Of a stretch of DNA of 12,449 nt, positions 7,049 through 12,449 are shown in pieces. The notes beneath the pieces are model-generated. The model searched no databases, had not been told where the DNA came from, and saw only the letters and a list, made by a program, of their open reading frames with translations. How positions within the stretch are numbered: the stretch's first letter is position 1; every line of letters begins with the position of its first letter. Made by a program: the position numbers and the translations under genes. Origin of the DNA: Ruminococcus sp. (GTDB lineage Bacteria; Bacillota; Clostridia; Oscillospirales; Ruminococcaceae); the NCBI GenBank assembly GCA_021200415.1, contig JAJQGO010000028.1, positions 1-12,449 on the forward strand, given 5' to 3'.

Positions 7049-8956
7049 TTACATCAGCTCGCAGATAAGATTTGAAAATTCCACGGGATTTTCAATGCTG
7101 ATGCCCTCAATAAGCAAAGCCTGATCGTAGAGGAGCTTTGCGTATTTTCCGAGAGTTTCCTTGTCGTCGGCAGCATTTATGCTCTTGAGCTTTTCAAAAA
7201 TCGGATGCTCCGGATTTATCTCAAGAACACGCTGAGCCTTGATTTTCTGGTCTGACGGCATTGAATTGATAACCTTTTCCATCTCCAGCGAAATCTGACC
7301 CTCGCTTGTAAGGCAAACAGGGTGAGATTTAAGTCTTTGAGAAAGAATTACCTTTGAAACCTTGCCCTCAAGAGCATCTCCGAGAGTCTTCAGCAGATCG
7401 GAGTTTTCCTCCTCCTTAGCCTTGATTTCCTCTTTCTTCTCATCGCTTTCAAGTCCCAGATCATCGGCGGATACAGACTTAAACTCCTTTTCCTTGTACT
7501 TTGCAAGTGTCTTTATGGCAAATTCATCTATATTGTCCGTGAGATAGAGAATCTCGAAGCCGTTTTCCTTTACAAGCTCCGTCTGCGGCAGCTGCTCGAT
7601 TCTTGCGACGCTTTCACCTGTAGCGTAGTAGATATATTTCTGCTCCTCACGCATTCCCGTAACGTATTCATCGAGAGTTACAAGCTTGCTTTCGTTTGAG
7701 GAGGTAAACATAAGCAGATCCTGAAGCTTTTCCTTGTTCATTCCGTAATCGCTGTAAATGCCGTATTTGAGCTGTAAGCCGAATGCCTTCCAGAATTCCT
7801 CATACTTCTCACGCTCGTTTTTGAGCATCTTTTTCAGCTCGTTTGAGATGGTTTTTTCGATACTCTTTGCGATAACGCGGAGCTGTCTGTCATGCTGGAG
7901 CATCTCACGGGAAATATTAAGCGACAGATCCTCCGAATCCACAAGACCCTTTACAAAGCTGAAATAATCGGGGAGCAAATCCGCGCACTTGTCCATAATA
8001 AGCACGCCGTTTGAATAAAGCTGGAGTCCCTTTTCGTATTCCTTTGAGTAGAAATCAAAGGGAGCCTTTGACGGAATATAGAGAAGAGCGTTGTAATTTG
8101 CGTTACCCTCGTTCTTGACGTGAGCATATTTGAGAGGCTCGTTGTAGTCGTAGAATTTCTCCGTATAGAAGTGCTTATAGTCCTCTTCTTTAAGCTCGTT
8201 CTTGTTTTTCTTCCAGAGGGGAACCATGCTGTTGAGCGTTTCAACCTCGATATAGTCCTCATATTCCGGAGCTGCGTTTTCGTCCTTTTCCTCGCCCTCC
8301 GGCTTTTCAACGGGACGGCTGTGTGTCATTTCCATTTTAATCGGGAAGCGGATATAATCGGAATACTTCTTAATGAGGCTCTTGAGTCTATACTGGTCAA
8401 GGAAATCGGAATAATTCTCGTCATCGGTATCGTCCAGAAGCTCAAGTATAATATCAGTTCCGACATTTTTCTTTTCGGCTTCGCTTATTGTGTAGCCGTC
8501 AACGCCCTCGGATTCCCACTGATAAGCCTTATCGCTGCCGTAAGCCTTTGAAATTACAGTAACCTTCTTTGCAACCATAAATGCCGAATAAAAGCCTACG
8601 CCGAACTGACCGATAATCTGGCTGTCCTCATCAAGCTTATTTTCGCTCTTGAACTTAAATGAGCCGCTGTTTGCGATAGTACCGAGATTATTTTCAAGCT
8701 CCTCCATAGTCATGCCGATACCGTTATCGGAAATTTTCAGAGTGCGGCTGTCCTCGTCAGCTGAAAGCCATATTGCGAAATCGTCCTTATTCATCCCGAC
8801 CTTATCATCGGTGAGGGATCTGAAATAGAGCTTGTCAATAGCGTCGCTGGCATTAGAAATCAGCTCTCTCAGGAAAATTTCCTTATGTGTATAGATTGAA
8901 TGAATCATCATATCGAGAAGTCTTTTAGACTCCGCTTTGAACTGCTTTGTTTCCAT
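7049..8956 (-). CDS. htpG: Molecular chaperone HtpG (Hsp90 family)
   Basis: It has the GHKL ATPase motifs [19 protein letters not shown] and [11 protein letters not shown], and is full-length Hsp90-like. The start is ambiguous (TTG 8977; ATG 8971, 8965, 8956). I chose ATG 8956 ([14 protein letters not shown]) because GGAG (8966-8969, minus strand) lies 9 nt upstream and the N-terminus then has the usual length. Confidence 0.95.
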   Translation of the reverse strand: METKQFKAESKRLLDMMIHSIYTHKEIFLRELISNASDAIDKLYFRSLTDDKVGMNKDDFAIWLSADEDSRTLKISDNGIGMTMEELENNLGTIANSGSFKFKSENKLDEDSQIIGQFGVGFYSAFMVAKKVTVISKAYGSDKAYQWESEGVDGYTISEAEKKNVGTDIILELLDDTDDENYSDFLDQYRLKSLIKKYSDYIRFPIKMEMTHSRPVEKPEGEEKDENAAPEYEDYIEVETLNSMVPLWKKNKNELKEEDYKHFYTEKFYDYNEPLKYAHVKNEGNANYNALLYIPSKAPFDFYSKEYEKGLQLYSNGVLIMDKCADLLPDYFSFVKGLVDSEDLSLNISREMLQHDRQLRVIAKSIEKTISNELKKMLKNEREKYEEFWKAFGLQLKYGIYSDYGMNKEKLQDLLMFTSSNESKLVTLDEYVTGMREEQKYIYYATGESVARIEQLPQTELVKENGFEILYLTDNIDEFAIKTLAKYKEKEFKSVSADDLGLESDEKKEEIKAKEEENSDLLKTLGDALEGKVSKVILSQRLKSHPVCLTSEGQISLEMEKVINSMPSDQKIKAQRVLEINPEHPIFEKLKSINAADDKETLGKYAKLLYDQALLIEGISIENPVEFSNLICELM

Positions 8957-8978
8957 TTCAAACATCTCCATTGTCAAA

Positions 8979-9005
8979 TTAGCACTCTACTTGTTTGAGT
9001 GCTAA
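8979..9005 (-). promoter_or_regulatory. CIRCE operator (HrcA binding site) in the htpG promoter/leader
   Basis: TTAGCACTC-TACTTGTTT-GAGTGCTAA is an exact match to the CIRCE consensus TTAGCACTC-N9-GAGTGCTAA. It lies 22 nt upstream of ATG 8956 and just downstream of the -10. Confidence 0.9.
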
Positions 9006-9009
9006 TGAT

Positions 9010-9039
9010 AGTATATAACTTTTGGAGGTACGTTGTCAA
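9010..9039 (-). promoter_or_regulatory. Sigma-A promoter of htpG
   Basis: On the minus strand, TTGACA (9039-9034) is followed by TATACT (9015-9010, 18-nt spacer) or TATATA (9017-9012, 16-nt spacer). CIRCE starts 4 nt after the -10. Confidence 0.65.
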
Positions 9040-9136
9040 GGAGCTGCGCAAATGTTTACAATTTATTCATAATTTTGCCTTGATGCCCATCACTTCAGCA
9101 GGTATTGCGCATGACCAAAAAAAATTATTCCAACAG

Positions 9137-9165
9137 GTGACAAATCTGAAAAAATATGGTATAAT
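9137..9165 (+). promoter_or_regulatory. Sigma-A promoter of metG
   Basis: GTGACA (9137-9142), 17-nt spacer, TATAAT (9160-9165), with an extended -10 TG at 9157-9158. The leader is ~50 nt. Confidence 0.7.
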
Positions 9166-9178
9166 AAAACTAATGCTG

Positions 9179-9196
9179 TTAAGGCAGCACCGCAAA
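9179..9196. repeat. Solo arm of the TTAA-bounded repeat family inside the metG leader
   Basis: TTAAGGCAGCACCGCAAA: the first 15 nt are identical to the left arm at 6807-6821 except position 15, and match 11877-11891 except position 9. No partner arm follows. Confidence 0.7.
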
Positions 9197-9218
9197 TTCC
9201 ATCAGGGAGGCTTACACT

Positions 9219-11186
9219 ATGTGTGAAAAGAAAAATAAAAAATTTTATATTACTACACCTATTTACTACCCTTCGGGAAATCCCCATATCGGTCACTGCT
9301 ATACAACTGTTGCCTGCGATTCAATTGCACGCTATAAGAGAATGCAGGGATACGACGTAATGTTCCTCACGGGAACGGATGAGCATGGACTCAAAATCGA
9401 ACAGAAGGCTGCCGATGAGGGCGTTACCCCCAAGGAGTACGTTGACAAGGTTGTTGCCACATTCAAAAAGCTGTGGGATTACATGAATATCAGCTACGAC
9501 CGCTATATCAGAACTACCGACGACTATCACGTTGAATCCGTTCAGAAAATCTTCAAGGCTCTCTATGATAAGGGCTACATCTATAAGGGCGAATATTCGG
9601 GAAAATATTGCACTCCCTGCGAGAGCTTCTGGACCGATTCTCAGCTCATTGACGGCAAATGTCCCGAATGCGGACGCGACGTTGTTGAGGCTAAGGAGGA
9701 GGCTTACTTCTTTAAGATGTCGCCCTTCGCTGACAGAATCGAAAAGCTCCTTACTGAAACGGATTACCTCCGCCCCAAAACAAGGGCTGTCGAGCTTGTA
9801 AATAATTTCATCAAGCCCGGGCTGGAGGATCTCTGCGTGTCAAGAACCTCCTTTACATGGGGAATCCCCGTAACCTTCGATGAGGGTCATGTGGTATACG
9901 TCTGGATAGACGCTCTCTCAAACTACATCACGGCACTCGGCTTCTGGAACGATGCGTATTCGGACTTCGATAAATACTGGCCTGCCGACGTCCACATGGT
10001 CGCAAAGGATATTATGAGATTCCACGCAATTATCTGGCCTGCAATGCTCATGGCTCTTGATCTTCCGCTGCCAAAGCACCTTGCCGTACACGGCTGGATA
10101 ACTTTCAACGGACAGAAAATGTCCAAATCAATTGGCAATGTTGTTGACCCGTTTGTTCTCGGCGAGCGCTACGGCTGCGATGCCATAAGATACCACATTC
10201 TCCGTGAAATGGCACTGGGAGCAGACAGCTCATTTTCAAATGAAATCATGATAAACAGAATCAATTCCGATCTGGCAAACGATTTGGGAAATCTCGTTTC
10301 ACGTACAGTTGCAATGGTTGTGAAATACTTCGGCGGAACACTTCCCGTTGACCGTGAATCGGACGATGTTGACAAGGAGCTTCTCGACATGGCTTTGTCC
10401 CTCCGTGACAAAACAGACGCGTTCATAGATGAAACTCAGATAAACAACGCTCTTGCGGAGATTTTCAAGGTGATTTCACGAGCAAACAAGTACATTGATG
10501 AAACAGCTCCGTGGGTTCTTGCCAAGGATGAGGAAAAGAAGCCCCGACTTGCGGCTGTTCTCTATAATCTTCTTGAAGCAGTCAGAATTTCCACAACGCT
10601 TCTTTGTCCGTTTATGCCCGAAACGATGCCAAAAATATGGGAGCAGATAGGTCTTGCTCCGGAGGACGCTTCCTATGAAAACGCAGGAAAAATCGGAGTT
10701 CTGCCGGCAGACGTGACCGTTCATAAGGGGGATATTATCTTCCCGAGAATCGATGCGGAAAAGGAAATCGAGGAGCTTAACGCTATTATTCAGAAGCAGG
10801 CTGATGAGGCTCAGGCTAAGCTTGCGGCAGCTGAAAAGAAGCATGAAAAAATTGAGCTTGCGCCGGAAATTACAATTGACGACTTTGCGAAGGTGGAAAT
10901 AAGAGTCGCTAAGGTTACAGCGTGCGAGAAGGTGAAAAAATCGGATAAGCTTCTTTGCTTACAGCTCGATGACGGCATGGGCGGACGTCAGGTTGTATCC
11001 GGCATTGCCGGGTATTACAAGCCCGATGACCTTGTGGGCAGAAAAATTCAGATTATTGCCAATCTGAAGCCTGTGAAGCTCAGAGGAGTCGAAAGCAACG
11101 GCATGATTTGCGCTGCCGACACGCCTGACGGAGTAAGGGTACTCTTCGTGGATGACAGTATTCCTGTAGGCTCAAAGATAAGATAG
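9219..11186 (+). CDS. metG: Methionine--tRNA ligase with a C-terminal tRNA-binding (Trbp111/EMAP-like) domain
   Basis: It has the HIGH motif (NPHIGHCY), KMSKS (QKMSKSIGN), a zinc knuckle CTPCES...CPECG, and a C-terminal OB-fold segment (FAKVEIRVAKV...SNGMICAA). GGGAGG (9205-9210) lies 8 nt before ATG 9219. Confidence 0.97.
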   Translation: MCEKKNKKFYITTPIYYPSGNPHIGHCYTTVACDSIARYKRMQGYDVMFLTGTDEHGLKIEQKAADEGVTPKEYVDKVVATFKKLWDYMNISYDRYIRTTDDYHVESVQKIFKALYDKGYIYKGEYSGKYCTPCESFWTDSQLIDGKCPECGRDVVEAKEEAYFFKMSPFADRIEKLLTETDYLRPKTRAVELVNNFIKPGLEDLCVSRTSFTWGIPVTFDEGHVVYVWIDALSNYITALGFWNDAYSDFDKYWPADVHMVAKDIMRFHAIIWPAMLMALDLPLPKHLAVHGWITFNGQKMSKSIGNVVDPFVLGERYGCDAIRYHILREMALGADSSFSNEIMINRINSDLANDLGNLVSRTVAMVVKYFGGTLPVDRESDDVDKELLDMALSLRDKTDAFIDETQINNALAEIFKVISRANKYIDETAPWVLAKDEEKKPRLAAVLYNLLEAVRISTTLLCPFMPETMPKIWEQIGLAPEDASYENAGKIGVLPADVTVHKGDIIFPRIDAEKEIEELNAIIQKQADEAQAKLAAAEKKHEKIELAPEITIDDFAKVEIRVAKVTACEKVKKSDKLLCLQLDDGMGGRQVVSGIAGYYKPDDLVGRKIQIIANLKPVKLRGVESNGMICAADTPDGVRVLFVDDSIPVGSKIR

Positions 11187-11193
11187 ATAATCT

Positions 11194-11230
11194 AAAAATA
11201 AATGCCATATCATCTGATATGGCATTTTTG
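11194..11230. terminator. Bidirectional terminator between convergent metG and the flavoprotein gene
   Basis: An 11-bp stem AATGCCATATC (11201-11211) / GATATGGCATT (11216-11226) is flanked by AAAAATAAA on the left and TTTTTG on the right. Confidence 0.8.
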
Positions 11231-11235
11231 TTATT

Positions 11236-11850
11236 CTACTGAATTTTTTCAAAATCCGATGCTTCGTGCTTGCATATGGGGCAGACGAAATCCTCCGGCA
11301 GCTCATCGCCCTCGTAGACATATCCGCAAATTTTGCAGACGTAGCCCTTTTTCTTTTTTTCGGCTGAATCGGGCTTTGGTTTGATGTTTTTGAAATAGTA
11401 GTCATAAGTAACCGAAGGCTCATCTGATAAAACCTCAGCCTCAGTTACATCAGCTATAAAAAGCGTGTGAGTTCCGCAGTCCACAGTGCCGGTAACTTTT
11501 CCGGAAATCACAGCGTTGGCGAATTTGTCAATATACATTACGCCGTTCTGACTTCTAAGCTCGGGATAATCACGAAACTTATCGGACATTTTGCCCGTCT
11601 GAAAGCCAAAGTTTCTGAACAGCTCAAATGGCGTATTCTCCGTAAGAACCGAGATGTTGAATATCCCCGATTCCATAATCATGTCGTGGGTATAGTTGCT
11701 TTTGTTTACCGCAATGCTGATTCGCATGGGATTGCTCGTCAGCTGGATTGCCGTGTTGACAATGCAGCCGTTATCCTTGTATTCGTTTTTCGATGTCAGC
11801 AAAAACAGACCGTATGAAAGCTTGAAAAGCGCCTTTGAATTAACGTTCAT
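11236..11850 (-). CDS. Flavin reductase-like domain fused to a C-terminal rubredoxin (high-molecular-weight rubredoxin type)
   Basis: The N-terminal ~160 aa resemble the FMN-binding split-barrel flavin reductase fold (LFKLSYGLFLLTS...GCIVNT...THTLFIADV). After a lysine-rich linker comes the rubredoxin motif YVCKICGYVYEG...FVCPICKH. I chose ATG 11850 (GGAG 9 nt upstream) because the track start at 11928 reads through the repeat element. Confidence 0.85.
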   Translation of the reverse strand: MNVNSKALFKLSYGLFLLTSKNEYKDNGCIVNTAIQLTSNPMRISIAVNKSNYTHDMIMESGIFNISVLTENTPFELFRNFGFQTGKMSDKFRDYPELRSQNGVMYIDKFANAVISGKVTGTVDCGTHTLFIADVTEAEVLSDEPSVTYDYYFKNIKPKPDSAEKKKKGYVCKICGYVYEGDELPEDFVCPICKHEASDFEKIQ

Positions 11851-11876
11851 AAATAAAATCTCCATTCGTGTAAAAT

Positions 11877-11955
11877 TTAAGGCAACACCGCGCAAAGCCC
11901 GCCTGACGGCTTTGCCGCACATCTGCACGACAATCTTTGTGCGGTATTGCCTTAA
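11877..11955. repeat. Compact (79-bp) copy of the TTAA-bounded inverted-repeat intergenic element
   Basis: TTAAGGCAACACCGCGCAAAG...CTTTGTGCGGTATTGCCTTAA. The 21-nt arms pair with 19 Watson-Crick pairs, one G-T and one C-A mismatch. It is homologous to 6807-6985 and 9179-9196. Confidence 0.85.
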
Positions 11956-12449
11956 TTAGAATTTTGCAGAGTGAAAACCAGATTTTTAAAAGTATCACCT
12001 CTTTCCTCGAAATTTTTGAATATTCCGTAGCTTGCCGATGCAGGTGAAAGCACGCAGCTTTTTCCCTTTTCTGTAATCTGATATGCAAGCTGAACGGCTT
12101 CGTCAAGATGCTCCGCATAGTGAACTCGGTCGGGATTGCGGAAATCCATCCTGCGAATCTGATTGAAAATGCGTTTTCCCGATGCTTCCATGCAGATGAT
12201 ATTTACATCCGATTCATTCAGGAATTCCGCAAGCTCGGTATAATCAATGCCTCTGTCCATTCCGCCGATGAGAATTGTACCTGCGTCGGGGACGCTCTTT
12301 ACAGCTTCAATTGCCGTTGCGCAGGCGGTGGATATGGAATCGTCATAGTAGCGCACGCCGTTTACCTCCGCGACAAATTCAAGTCTGTGGGAAAGGGGAC
12401 TGAACGAACACAGACCATCAGTAAATTCGTCATCGCTGAGGGCAAAGAG
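11952..12449 (-). CDS. murD: C-terminal part of a UDP-N-acetylmuramoylalanine--D-glutamate ligase (MurD)-like Mur ligase; 5' end off the window
   Basis: The frame stays open from the window edge (my hand translation of 12357-12449 gives LFALSDDEFTDGLCSFSPLSHRLEFVAEVNG with no stop) through VRYYDDSISTA..ILIGGMDRG..LSPASASYGIFKNFEERGDTFKNLV. This layout is typical of the MurD C-terminal domain. The internal GTG at 12356 in the ORF track is not the start. Confidence 0.8.
   Translation of the reverse strand, partial: LFALSDDEFTDGLCSFSPLSHRLEFVAEVNGVRYYDDSISTACATAIEAVKSVPDAGTILIGGMDRGIDYTELAEFLNESDVNIICMEASGKRIFNQIRRMDFRNPDRVHYAEHLDEAVQLAYQITEKGKSCVLSPASASYGIFKNFEERGDTFKNLVFTLQNSN

Noticed and set aside
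9036-9114. Possible fourth, decayed copy of the repeat element
   Set aside because: The supporting similarities are few. TCAAGGAGCTGCGCAAA resembles the left arm, GGTATTGCGCA resembles the right arm, the span is also 79 nt, and TGCGCAA/TTGCGCA form a 7-bp inverted pair (9045-9051 / 9105-9111). The interior matches only in short strings (TTTGCC, CATC) and needs several indels. That is too weak to call by eye and needs a profile search.
9137-9218. Possible T-box riboswitch for metG (AAGGCAGCACCGC loosely resembles the T-box GGGTGGTACCGCG)
   Set aside because: The leader is only ~50 nt from the predicted TSS. It has no specifier stem, no terminator/antiterminator pair and no T-run. The similar string is explained by the repeat-family arm.
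8999-9296. ORFs 8999-9226 (+) and 9090-9296 (-) in the htpG-metG spacer
   Set aside because: They span two divergent promoters, the CIRCE site and the metG start. They have no SD and no recognisable sequence.
2501-10844. Many 60-220 aa ORFs overlapping real genes, on either strand (for example 3918-4319, 5979-6647, 7951-8310, 8120-8551, 10476-10844)
   Set aside because: Each lies entirely inside a confidently identified conserved gene. Their translations are Arg/Ser/Leu-rich or repetitive, typical of shadow ORFs overlapping long coding regions.
11851-11928. Longer flavoprotein ORF starting at 11928
   Set aside because: The 26 extra codons read through the inverted-repeat element (Arg/Ala-rich junk). 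ATG 11850 has a GGAG SD and gives a sensible N-terminus.
1-12449. Search for a defence, toxin-antitoxin, CRISPR, prophage, conjugative or biosynthetic system
   Set aside because: Every substantial ORF is a recognisable housekeeping gene with its own promoter and terminator. There are no spacer-repeat arrays, integrase, transposase or nuclease genes, and no small paired ORFs. Only the non-coding repeat family remains unexplained.

Overview
This 12.4-kb window looks like core chromosome of a Gram-positive anaerobe, probably Clostridia. A signal-peptide protein ending in a dockerin module suggests a Ruminococcus-like cellulosome or amylosome producer (inference only). I support ten coding regions. 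In order they are a 95-aa unknown ORF overlapping rsmA, rsmA(+), a secreted dockerin protein(+), rarA(-), glyA(-), radA(+), htpG(-), metG(+), a flavin-reductase/rubredoxin fusion(-) and the 3' part of a murD-like gene(-) that runs off the right edge. Most genes have sigma-A type promoters and hairpin terminators readable by eye. I found no tRNA, rRNA, CRISPR array, transposase, integrase, toxin-antitoxin pair or recognisable defence or secretion gene cluster. I do not think a protein-encoded novel system is present. The main structure the genes do not explain is a small dispersed intergenic repeat family with TTAA ends and 21-nt inverted arms. It occurs as a compact 79-bp copy abutting the murD stop codon, an expanded 179-bp modular copy in the radA 3' region, and a solo arm inside the metG 5' leader. 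I do not recognise it as a described family. Other points worth checking are an exact CIRCE (HrcA) operator in front of htpG, a 21-nt poly-T tract between the rsmA terminator and a consensus promoter, tandem promoters with an intervening terminator-like hairpin upstream of radA, deviant motifs in the MurD-like C-terminus, and lower GC in the first ~2.3 kb. All coordinates and counts were worked out by hand and should be recomputed.
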